Virus record (IMG/VR): IMGVR_UViG_3300044611_002505
DNA: 64,000 nt
Direction: 5' to 3' (one strand)
Source of the DNA: an uncultured virus (IMG/VR IMGVR_UViG_3300044611_002505)
Lineage: Duplodnaviria; Heunggongvirae; Uroviricota; Caudoviricetes
This document shows positions 39,575-47,907 of this stretch, piece after piece. Made by a program: the position numbers and the translations under genes. Numbering within the stretch: the stretch's first letter is position 1; the number at the start of each line of letters is the position of its first letter. The notes beneath the pieces are model-generated. The model did no database searches and had not been told where the DNA came from. It saw only the letters and a list, made by a program, of their open reading frames with translations.

Positions 39575-39835
39575 ACGATTCCTGGCTTGAAATTACACTT
39601 TTAGATGGTAATTCGTCTAAAAGATGGTTGAGTCTCAAAGTAGACAATAGAGTCGCGCTTAAGCCGAGAGGTTTAAGTTATATTAACTTTTAAAGAAGCC
39701 CAGTCTTTAAAAACGTAATCGTTAACGCTAAACGATCTGACTTATCGCAGTTTGATAAGATTTTCAAAGTTTTCTTTGAAAATTAAAAATAGCCAAAAGA
39801 ATTTTAGTAGCGACAGAAAAATTCATCGTTCATGT
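39569..39835 (+). ncRNA. Candidate large structured RNA, copy 1 (267 nt)
   Basis: 11-bp closing stem ACATGAACGAT/ATCGTTCATGT, at least six internal hairpins incl. GAGA tetraloop, conserved blocks shared with copy 2. Confidence 0.65.
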
Positions 39836-40326
39836 TAAATAAAAAGAACATACTCGACAGCTTCATAATTGTGCCTGAGGAGTTTGTTTCTTTTGTAAAC
39901 TCATACAGATATAGATTGTTACAAAAATCACAAAATAAAGATAAGCTGATTAAAAAGATTTATATTTCTGCTTGTGAAAAAGATTATGTAATAATTCATA
40001 AAAATAAAATTTATTATTGCAATAAAAATCAATATAAACAAATGTTGTTTAATATGAGATCTAAAAAAGCAAATGAATATAAAAGTATGCTAAAAAGATA
40101 TAGTCATACCAAAGATGTTTGGAAGAGTGTTATTGCATATAAAAAAATTGAATTGCCAAGTTCTTTTGAAATTTCTATATATGATATAAAAACAAACAAA
40201 TCTCAAATGAGTTTTCTTCCATTTGTTTCAATCGCAGAACAAACTCGCGCCAAGTATAATGGAACACCTATTGCTTATTCAAAAAAAGAAATAAAAAGAG
40301 GTGCTCTCCGTTTTCCAAATTTCTAA
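39832..40326 (+). CDS. Lys-rich hypothetical protein between the two RNA candidates
   Basis: 164 aa, strongly basic, no recognised motif. Confidence 0.6.
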   Translation: MLNKKNILDSFIIVPEEFVSFVNSYRYRLLQKSQNKDKLIKKIYISACEKDYVIIHKNKIYYCNKNQYKQMLFNMRSKKANEYKSMLKRYSHTKDVWKSVIAYKKIELPSSFEISIYDIKTNKSQMSFLPFVSIAEQTRAKYNGTPIAYSKKEIKRGALRFPNF

Positions 40327-40533
40327 ACTCCTGGCACAGACATACCAAAAGAGAGTATGTTTTGTTTTTTGAGCCGTCGCTTGGTTTTAAAAACAACAGG
40401 TTGAGCCTAAGCGACAGGCAATAGAGTCGTGACAGTATTGGTGTTCTTTCGTACCACGAAAGATAATCTTTACTGTAATTATGTTAGTGCAAAAAGACCT
40501 TGGTCTCGACAGAAAAGTCAATGTTTAGAAATT
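40318..40533 (+). ncRNA. Candidate large structured RNA, copy 2 (216 nt)
   Basis: 11-bp closing stem AATTTCTAAAC/GTTTAGAAATT, G-U-rich hairpins on + strand, blocks TCCTGGC, GGTTGAG, CAATAGAGTCG, CGACAGAAAA shared with copy 1. Confidence 0.65.
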
Positions 40534-40605
40534 ACCCCGACTTAAAACCATGGTTTGATAACTAATCAGACCTTTATGATGAATTACCAACGGAAGATAT
40601 TTCAT

Positions 40606-41532
40606 ATGACGAATAGATTTGGGGTGTGCTGCATAGTTCTTTCTTTGGAGCAAAATGATCCTCCAAAGAAGTTTCAAACTATGACATACAAAAAGTTTAG
40701 TGAAATGCAAAGAAATGAAGCTTTGAGCACATTAAGCAAAAGAATTCTAAATAATATCGATGTAACACTAGAGGCTATAAAATACTGTAAAAGTGAAAAT
40801 TACTGTTACAGAATAAGTAGTGATCTTCTACCACTAGTCACGTACGATAAAGCTGAGATTATACTCGAATCTTTACCAGACTATGAAAATATATTATCAC
40901 AATTTAATAAAATAAAAGAATATGTCAAAGAGAATAAAGTAAGGTGTAGTATGCACCCAGATCAATTTGTGGTACCAGCTTCAGCCAAACCAGAAGTTGC
41001 TGCAAAGTCTGTCTTAGAATTAAAGCATCACGCCATGATAATGGATTTGATTGGATTGCCACAATCATATGATTCTCCGATTAATATCCACATGAATTTA
41101 TTTAAAGGAGATCTGTATGAAATTTCAGATAGATTCGCTAGAGTGTACGAGGAACTTCCAGATAATGTAAAATCTAGGTTGGTTTTAGAAATAGAAGATA
41201 AAAAAAATAGTTGGGATCTTGACAATCTATTGCTTTATTTAAATAAAAAAATAGGCATTCCAATAACATATGATTCTCTCCATTTTAGGCTAAACAACCC
41301 AAAAAACATTTCTCCTAAAGAAGCTATAGAAAAATGTATTGATACATGGGGTGATCATAAGCCATTATTCCATTTTAGTAACGGTAAGTCTGGACCGCTA
41401 GATAGGTCGCATTCGGATTATGTGTATGAAATACACGAGGAATTATTTCAGTATAATGTTGATATCGACTTTGAATTTAAATTAAAAGATTTTGCAATCA
41501 AACAATTTTTTGAAAGAAAGGGTGCTGCATGA
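40606..41532 (+). CDS. uvsE: UV damage endonuclease (UVDE/UvsE)
   Basis: YRISSDL.P, SMHPDQF, INIH, RLVLE.ED, ITYD.LH, TW....LFHFS, HSDY, EFKLKD. Confidence 0.92.
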   Translation: MTNRFGVCCIVLSLEQNDPPKKFQTMTYKKFSEMQRNEALSTLSKRILNNIDVTLEAIKYCKSENYCYRISSDLLPLVTYDKAEIILESLPDYENILSQFNKIKEYVKENKVRCSMHPDQFVVPASAKPEVAAKSVLELKHHAMIMDLIGLPQSYDSPINIHMNLFKGDLYEISDRFARVYEELPDNVKSRLVLEIEDKKNSWDLDNLLLYLNKKIGIPITYDSLHFRLNNPKNISPKEAIEKCIDTWGDHKPLFHFSNGKSGPLDRSHSDYVYEIHEELFQYNVDIDFEFKLKDFAIKQFFERKGAA

Positions 41533-41828
41533 TCAGTTTAAACAAAGAATTTGATATAAAAATTGAAGTTAGACATAGCACAATAACAGCCGGTAAACCT
41601 GCTTTGTGTTCTGGTGCTGTTGTTGCTTTGAAAGTTGATTTGGATGTTGATGCAAAAATAGCAGCCATATCTGATTCAATAAAACCCTCAGTTATATTGT
41701 ATTCAGGAGATATTGAAGATATCAATAATTACACAAGAGTTCTTTTCTCCGACTATGAAGGATTTGAAGTTTTTGCGTGTGAGGTATACAACAAACAACT
41801 CAATGTGTGTCTAATCAAGAACGTCTAA
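41529..41828 (+). CDS. Hypothetical protein
   Basis: ATGA overlap with uvsE. Confidence 0.55.
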   Translation: MISLNKEFDIKIEVRHSTITAGKPALCSGAVVALKVDLDVDAKIAAISDSIKPSVILYSGDIEDINNYTRVLFSDYEGFEVFACEVYNKQLNVCLIKNV

Positions 41829-41848
41829 CTCTATTTTAAGGATAAAAA

Positions 41849-42259
41849 ATGAAAATTGATGCTTTTTCTTTCGTAGTTTTTGTGGTTTCTTTTTTGGCTA
41901 TTATGTTAGTTTTAACTGAGCCCCAATATAAAGACTATTCAATAAAAGAGTTAGCCAAAGAACATGTAAATATAGAAGATATGAATGAAGAGAAAAAATC
42001 AGATTATCTTGATGATGATCAAATGGAAATTGCATATAAAATTGGTTACAAAAGAGGCTATGATAATTTTATGAAAACCTCAGTAGATTCTAAAGATGAT
42101 GAGTCTGCTGTCGAATACACTTCGAACGAAGAAGAAGATAAAGATAAAGATAAAATAGATTTAGAGTCAGAGGTTGTTCAAGAAATAATATCTAAAGGAT
42201 ATGTAGATGGTTATCACAAAGCCGGTGAGTCTCTACACTGCCCGAGAAGTAATTATTAA
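41849..42259 (+). CDS. Membrane-anchored hypothetical protein
   Basis: N-terminal TM helix; GY..GY repeats. Confidence 0.6.
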   Translation: MKIDAFSFVVFVVSFLAIMLVLTEPQYKDYSIKELAKEHVNIEDMNEEKKSDYLDDDQMEIAYKIGYKRGYDNFMKTSVDSKDDESAVEYTSNEEEDKDKDKIDLESEVVQEIISKGYVDGYHKAGESLHCPRSNY

Positions 42260-42296
42260 TAATAAACTATATTAATAATTATTGCAAGGATTAAAA

Positions 42297-42569
42297 ATGG
42301 AAAAAGAAGAAAACAGAAAAACATTTGAAGTTAAAATGAGACCCGCTAAAGGTGGCGGAATTGAAAAAGCTATATTTATTGATGGAGAGCTTCTTGATTG
42401 GCAAGTTGATATAGAATCTCTCATGGAAGCCATGAAAATGGGTCCCATGTATTATAAAGAAGTCCAAAGAGATATTGAAAGACACTTTGTTGAAAGTGTA
42501 TCAGACACCATCGGTAGAAAAGTAACTGCCGAAGAAATAAAAAATGCCATTAAAAATGGCTACATCTAG
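42297..42569 (+). CDS. Hypothetical protein
   Basis: AAGGA RBS. Confidence 0.65.
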   Translation: MEKEENRKTFEVKMRPAKGGGIEKAIFIDGELLDWQVDIESLMEAMKMGPMYYKEVQRDIERHFVESVSDTIGRKVTAEEIKNAIKNGYI

Positions 42570-42583
42570 GAAATTGGTCAGAG

Positions 42584-42603
42584 AAGTTTCCTCTTGGTAC
42601 GCT
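42584..42603 (+). promoter_or_regulatory. GGTACGCT module-head motif
   Basis: AAGTTTCCTCTTGGTACGCT. Confidence 0.7.
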
Positions 42604-42661
42604 GTGCTGTTGTGGGGCATCCATGCCCTATTGTTTCTTTATTTTTAAACGGAGTGTATAA

Positions 42662-42853
42662 GTGAAGATTTTTACTATCGAAGATGTTGTTAGCAGTATG
42701 CTTAATGCTGATATTAATCCTGCCTATAAGGCTCATGCCACCCGCCGTCTTAATTCTTATGTTAAGAGGCGTTGTGTTGAAATCAATGCTAAGCCCACTC
42801 AGGTGCTTGCTGCTGTCAAGGCAGCCGTTACCAAGCGTAAGTCTAAGTCTTGA
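42662..42853 (+). CDS. Small basic protein (monocistronic unit)
   Basis: GGAG RBS + GTG; flanked by the motif and a terminator. Confidence 0.65.
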   Translation: MKIFTIEDVVSSMLNADINPAYKAHATRRLNSYVKRRCVEINAKPTQVLAAVKAAVTKRKSKS

Positions 42854-42866
42854 TGCTAATCATTTT

Positions 42867-42901
42867 CAATCGGCTAGGCGTCAAACCTAGCCGATTGTTT
42901 T
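42867..42901 (+). terminator. Rho-independent terminator
   Basis: CAATCGGCTAGG/CCTAGCCGATTG + T-run. Confidence 0.8.
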
Positions 42902-42915
42902 CTTTTTGGTGCTTT

Positions 42916-43665
42916 ATGCCACGCCTAAATAGTAAACAGCCTCTTTATTGTAAGTCCACAACCAAATACATGGCGAGAGAGTTGCATATATCGACTCTTT
43001 ATCCATTGTTCACAGGAAACTTATCCTTACCCAAGGATAAACAGTATTGGTTTCTTTGTAATCTACAGGAAAACACAGAAACAAGTGAGATACACCAACT
43101 AACAAAGCAAAGAGATTTTGGTTTATTTACATCAATAGAAAATTGTTATGGTGTTGATCGTGATAAAGTTGTTATCAAAAAGAATAAAAAGTATTATCCA
43201 AAAGCAAATTGGATTCCTGGAGAATGGGATAAGGTGATTCGTTCGGCATCAGGAGAGCAAAATAAATACTTTGATCCTGCTCTTGTTTATTTGGACACAA
43301 CTTCTTTTGAAGACAGAGAACCAGCAGTAGATCTTTTGAAAGAAACTTTGAATCTTTGCCAAAAAGATACCTTGGTAATTTGCAACCTTATGATGAATAA
43401 TCCAAGAGCCGGTCTTGGAGATTTCTTATTTAATCCAGATGCTATCGTTGATAATTTGCTTAAAAGTGATAATCAAGAAGCTTTTAAGGATTGGAACATA
43501 TCTCCAGACTATGAAGATGAACAGGTATGGCACAGCTATCAATATCAAACAAGTTGTACGGTTATGAGGAGTTATATATTCTTTAAAGGAGTTTTCCCAA
43601 AAGAATCTGATTTATTCAATGCTTTTGAAGAGTATAGTGAATGGTGTGACTTGTTCAGTATTTGA
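42916..43665 (+). CDS. Hypothetical protein, possibly degenerate Rossmann/methyltransferase fold
   Basis: YGVDRD and LVYLD segments; no clear glycine-rich loop. Confidence 0.5.
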   Translation: MPRLNSKQPLYCKSTTKYMARELHISTLYPLFTGNLSLPKDKQYWFLCNLQENTETSEIHQLTKQRDFGLFTSIENCYGVDRDKVVIKKNKKYYPKANWIPGEWDKVIRSASGEQNKYFDPALVYLDTTSFEDREPAVDLLKETLNLCQKDTLVICNLMMNNPRAGLGDFLFNPDAIVDNLLKSDNQEAFKDWNISPDYEDEQVWHSYQYQTSCTVMRSYIFFKGVFPKESDLFNAFEEYSEWCDLFSI

Positions 43666-43698
43666 AAATAAAATTTACATTAAGGAGAATGAAATAAC

Positions 43699-45900
43699 AT
43701 GGATGCAAAAGATTTTAATACATCATACAATTTTGAAGGAAAGCCCAATAAGAGATCAAAGCCTGTACGTCCTCACGGTTGGCTTACAAAAAAGACTAAG
43801 TCTCAGGAAGTAGTAGATTACATCACTCTTAAAGAGTGGCAGAATGAAGCTAATCTCATGCTCAGGGACTCAGACAAGGGGTTTATCAAGGCTTTCTGTG
43901 GCTCTGGTAAAACTATTGCCGCCAGAAGCATTATGGCATACAAAGCCTATTATGAAAATAAAACGCAGGTTGTATCTGTTCCAAGAACAGATATAGGTCT
44001 GGATGGTTTTGGTAGTTTTTGCAACATTATGATTCAAACCAAAGATGGTCCAAAAATCATCAAATGCAACACTCCTTTGAATTTTTGCAAGCCCACAAAA
44101 GAAAAGATTAAAGGTCTTGTCGAGGCTCTAACTAATGAGACCAAACAAGATAGTGGAGAAAATGTATCCACTTACAAGCAGATAATTTGCACCCATCAGT
44201 GCTTGTCTTTGGCTATTAAGCATATTAAGAAAAAGAAAGACTCAAATATGCTTCGTAAGTTTTACGCCAATAAGACTTGGTTCATTGATGAAGGTCATCA
44301 CATCAAGGGTTCTGAATCAGAAAAACAAAAGATTATTCGAAATCATCTTGGTGATTTTCTTGGTCATATTTTCGATAATCCGGATCTGAAGTCAGAAGTT
44401 TTTATTATGACCGCCACGCCATATAGGGCAGATCATGGTTGTATTGTTTCGGAGGAGCAAGCCAGCAACTTTACAACATATTCTCTTGATTTTCTAAGGC
44501 ACTTTAACACCTTAGGAATCAAGAGAGTTGATATGGCTCTTGAAGAATATAAAAATCTTAATGATATGCTTAATAAGTTTGAAAATAATCTCCGCAGAGA
44601 AATTAAGACTAACAGGCATTTGGTTATTGTCCCTCCTACTACTAAAAAATGGAGAATTAAAGATGAATATGTAAACAAGATTTTTGATGTTATCTATAGA
44701 GTTATCATGGAGGAGTATGTGGTAACTTTGGATGTTGCCAAGTCAATGGTTAATGATTTGGTTACAAAGCGAACACAGCATAAAAACGATAAATTGTTGC
44801 GACAAGAGCCAAAGAGTGGACAGTCACACTCAAGCAAATATGTTGTTGTAGTTGCTTGTATGAAGTGCCGAGAAGGAAGTGATTGGTGTCCAGCAGATCG
44901 ACTTCACAACACCTCAATGGAGAGAAGCCCTCCGTTAAATTTCCAGACTAACGGAAGATTGTTTAGAGAATTTCCAGGCAAGGATAATGTTAAGATTTAT
45001 TATTATGTCAAGGAATTCACGACTGATACAAATGATAAAACCAAGAGAGAATTTGTTTCAGACGCAGTGAATTCAATGATTCATTATATGCTGATGGACG
45101 ATCTTTTTAATCCCATCATGGTTGATATTCCATATTTTACACCAAAAACCAAAAACGAAAAATCTTCAAGCAATAGAACCAAGACCACTTTAGCAGATCA
45201 TTTTGGATTGAATTATTTTAAGGCAAAAGAGGTGCTTCTCAAGAGCTTTGAAGATAGCAGTTTGAATGATCAGAATGCAAACAGGCTCATTACAAATGTT
45301 ATAAATGAGTATTTGCCCAATAAAGATCGATATAATAAAAAGCAAATTACAGAAATTAAAAACGCATGGAAGGTGTTTTTAATTAGAGTCGCTTCCAGCG
45401 AAATGCGAAGCAAGGGCATTGATATTTCTTATGTGAGAAAAAATGGCTTTGATATCATTGTCGAAAGAGAGGGCATATCTGGCAATATTTTTACATCCCA
45501 TTTGACTGTAGAGGAAATGAAGCGTTTTCGTAAAATCTGCAGGATGAAAAGTTGGGATGATGAAACTTTGGAAAAGAAAAATGAATATTTGATTAAGTTT
45601 GCTGAAGAGAAGCTAGGTAGGAAAGTTTTAAAGTCTAGGGTTATTAAGGGTGCTTTAGATCGAGATGAAGAGGCACTTCTTATTATTAAAGCCGAACATA
45701 ATAGATTTATAAAGTTTAATGATAAAATGATTGATATCGCAAAGAAAAAGAGCAATTTTTCTGTCAAAGAAATTGCAAATTCTCTGAGAATATCAGAAGT
45801 TGAATTGAAGAAAAAGATAAACATTTGGAGAAGTGAATTTTTACCAAACGGATGGATGGGAGATAGCATAAACCACGCTAGTTGGAACTTTGCAATATGA
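43699..45900 (+). CDS. SF2 (DExH, ResIII-like) helicase/ATPase
   Basis: LKEWQ Q-motif, AFCGSGKT, FIDEGHH, MTATPYR, REGSD.C, QTNGRLFR. Confidence 0.85.
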   Translation: MDAKDFNTSYNFEGKPNKRSKPVRPHGWLTKKTKSQEVVDYITLKEWQNEANLMLRDSDKGFIKAFCGSGKTIAARSIMAYKAYYENKTQVVSVPRTDIGLDGFGSFCNIMIQTKDGPKIIKCNTPLNFCKPTKEKIKGLVEALTNETKQDSGENVSTYKQIICTHQCLSLAIKHIKKKKDSNMLRKFYANKTWFIDEGHHIKGSESEKQKIIRNHLGDFLGHIFDNPDLKSEVFIMTATPYRADHGCIVSEEQASNFTTYSLDFLRHFNTLGIKRVDMALEEYKNLNDMLNKFENNLRREIKTNRHLVIVPPTTKKWRIKDEYVNKIFDVIYRVIMEEYVVTLDVAKSMVNDLVTKRTQHKNDKLLRQEPKSGQSHSSKYVVVVACMKCREGSDWCPADRLHNTSMERSPPLNFQTNGRLFREFPGKDNVKIYYYVKEFTTDTNDKTKREFVSDAVNSMIHYMLMDDLFNPIMVDIPYFTPKTKNEKSSSNRTKTTLADHFGLNYFKAKEVLLKSFEDSSLNDQNANRLITNVINEYLPNKDRYNKKQITEIKNAWKVFLIRVASSEMRSKGIDISYVRKNGFDIIVEREGISGNIFTSHLTVEEMKRFRKICRMKSWDDETLEKKNEYLIKFAEEKLGRKVLKSRVIKGALDRDEEALLIIKAEHNRFIKFNDKMIDIAKKKSNFSVKEIANSLRISEVELKKKINIWRSEFLPNGWMGDSINHASWNFAI

Positions 45901-46328
45901 TTACAAAAACAAGAGCCAGAAGTTCAGATTTATCTGACTTTTTCGGTTTGGATAAAATTCCAAGATCTAGTGTTATCAATAAAAGAAATCTAATTGAGAT
46001 GGCAAAGAATGATGAAAAAAGACCAACTCAAAAAACAAAATTGGGAAGAGCTTTAAGTGAATATACAAAAAGATCGAGCCGTTCTTTCAACGCCAGCTTC
46101 TACAAAGAGATTAGTGAGCTTAGACCTGATTGGTTTGTATCTCAAACAGAAGTTGCAAATCAAAAGAAACAAGAATTAATAAGAATGGCAAATAGCGGTG
46201 AAAAAAGACCAAGTTATGAGAGAACAAAAATAGGTCAGGCTTTGAGTAATTATACAAGAAAATCTTCGCCTGTATATGATGTTGATTTTGATAAATTGAT
46301 GAGAGAACTCAGACCTGATTGGTTTTAA
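45897..46328 (+). CDS. Repeat protein, 2 x ~62-aa helical repeats
   Basis: K..LI.MA....RP....LG.ALS.YT..SS....F.....LRPDWF twice; ATGA overlap with helicase. Confidence 0.75.
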   Translation: MITKTRARSSDLSDFFGLDKIPRSSVINKRNLIEMAKNDEKRPTQKTKLGRALSEYTKRSSRSFNASFYKEISELRPDWFVSQTEVANQKKQELIRMANSGEKRPSYERTKIGQALSNYTRKSSPVYDVDFDKLMRELRPDWF

Positions 46329-46350
46329 TATTACTTTGAATGGATTTAAA

Positions 46351-47169
46351 ATGATCACCAAAACAAGAGCCAGAAAATCAGACTTGTTTGAATTTTTTGG
46401 TTTGGATAAATCGCCAAAGTCTAGCAATATCAATAAGCAAAAACTTATACAAATGGCGAAAAATAAAGAGCCTAGACCGAGTCATGAAACAAAATTAGGA
46501 CAAGCTCTGTCTAGTTATATGAATAAATCTTCAAGTTCTTACTGTGAAGAATTCAAAAAAACTATTATGAAGGAAGCACCATTTTGGTCCAGAATAGAAA
46601 TTGCAAATCAAAAGAAACAAAAGCTAATACAGATGGCAGAGAACGGCGAACCTAGACCAAGTCAGAAAACAAAAGAAGGCAAATCTTTAACTGGTTATAC
46701 AAGTAAATCTTCAGGTTCTTACTGCGAAGAATTTGACAAATTAATTAGAGTGAAGGCGCCATCTTGGTTTGTGTATCGAACACAAATCGCTAATTATATG
46801 AGACAAAAGCTAATACAGATGGCAGAGAATGGCAAGCCTAGACCGAGTCGTAAAACAAAAGAGGGCAGTGCTTTATCTCGTTATACAAGTAAATCTTCGA
46901 GTTCTTATTGTGAAGAATTTGATAAATCAATCAGAGTAAAAGCACCATCTTGGTTTTTGTCTCAAACACAAATTGCTAATTGTATGAGACAAAAGCTAAT
47001 ACAGATGGCAGAGAATGGCAACCCTAGACCAAGTCAGAAAACAAAAGAAGGCAGAGCTGTAACTAGCTATACAAATAAACACTCAAGCTCTTACTGTAAA
47101 GAATTTGATAAAATTATTAGAGTAAAAGCTCCATTTTGGTTCAGAAAAAAGCCAACTCTTGTAAAATAG
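46351..47169 (+). CDS. Repeat protein, 4 x 60-62-aa helical repeats
   Basis: QKLIQMAENG.PRPS.KTKEG....YT.KSS.SYCEEFDK.IRVKAP.W units; shares MITKTRAR.SDL..FFGLDK leader with upstream paralog. Confidence 0.8.
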   Translation: MITKTRARKSDLFEFFGLDKSPKSSNINKQKLIQMAKNKEPRPSHETKLGQALSSYMNKSSSSYCEEFKKTIMKEAPFWSRIEIANQKKQKLIQMAENGEPRPSQKTKEGKSLTGYTSKSSGSYCEEFDKLIRVKAPSWFVYRTQIANYMRQKLIQMAENGKPRPSRKTKEGSALSRYTSKSSSSYCEEFDKSIRVKAPSWFLSQTQIANCMRQKLIQMAENGNPRPSQKTKEGRAVTSYTNKHSSSYCKEFDKIIRVKAPFWFRKKPTLVK

Positions 47170-47206
47170 ATTGCTTTTTTTGTTTTATGTGAATATAAAT
47201 AATAAT

Positions 47207-47599
47207 ATGAAACAACTTCCAAGAAAGAAACTTCCAAAAGAGCTGGCAATTATAAATGCAGATAATTGCACTGGATGCGAGGCTTGTTTAGAAGTTTGTC
47301 CTGTTGACTGCATTATCAAAATTCAACAACACAATAAATTTCATAATCTACAAAGTTGGTGCCAAATTGATTTAGATAGGTGCGTTGGATGTGAAGTTTG
47401 TGTTCATATTCCTGGCAAAAAAACTAATCCCTATGAATTAAAAGTTTGTCCTTGGGATGCTATTGAAATGGTTCCAACGGAAGAAGCTGCTAATGTAGTA
47501 GCTAAGATTGGTGGTCCCGCTGAGTATATTGAAAAGAATTTGGACAATCTTGTAGGAATTGCTTATAATTTGGCAAAGTTAAAGATAGAAAGCAAGTAG
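47207..47599 (+). CDS. Dicluster 4Fe-4S ferredoxin
   Basis: CTGCEACLEVCP and CVGCEVC...CPWDAI. Confidence 0.9.
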   Translation: MKQLPRKKLPKELAIINADNCTGCEACLEVCPVDCIIKIQQHNKFHNLQSWCQIDLDRCVGCEVCVHIPGKKTNPYELKVCPWDAIEMVPTEEAANVVAKIGGPAEYIEKNLDNLVGIAYNLAKLKIESK

Positions 47600-47616
47600 T
47601 TTCCTCCCGGTACGCT
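47597..47616 (+). promoter_or_regulatory. GGTACGCT module-head motif (supplies ferredoxin stop codon)
   Basis: TAGTTTCCTCCCGGTACGCT. Confidence 0.7.
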
Positions 47617-47658
47617 CTATCTTTGTGCAGGCGGCAATAAGGCTCTTGAGGTTTTAAG

Positions 47659-47892
47659 ATGATTTCTGATGTTCTTTCTGAGGCTCTTTCTGATATAGAA
47701 GAATACTTGCAAGATCCAAGGGATTATTCTAAAGAAAGAGATTGGATTAAAAATCTCGTTGCACGAATGACAGCATTGCGTGTTTATCTTGATTGCCCTC
47801 CCAATACAGATCCTCAATTTCTAGATGATTTGAAAAAAGTTGAAAGCCAATATATGCTTGATCAAGTTTTAAACCAACGTATTCAACGATAA
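47659..47892 (+). CDS. Hypothetical protein
   Basis: GAGG RBS after the motif. Confidence 0.6.
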   Translation: MISDVLSEALSDIEEYLQDPRDYSKERDWIKNLVARMTALRVYLDCPPNTDPQFLDDLKKVESQYMLDQVLNQRIQR

Positions 47893-47907
47893 TAAAGGAA
47901 CTATATA

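Noticed and set aside
39569..40533. RNase P RNA, group I intron, tmRNA or IS200/605 omega-RNA identity for the twin RNAs
   Set aside because: Hallmarks not found: no GAGGAAAGUCC, no canonical P7/J8-7 words, no tRNA-like ends, no IscB/TnpB motifs in the ORF. Left unassigned pending cmscan.
30218..40540. 12-mer AAATTACCCCGA after both the 30.1 kb hairpin unit and RNA copy 2
   Set aside because: Only two occurrences with no further context; cannot be distinguished from chance.
45897..47169. Diversity-generating retroelement TR/VR pair
   Set aside because: The repeats are in-frame protein repeats, differences are not adenine-specific, and no reverse transcriptase is in the window.
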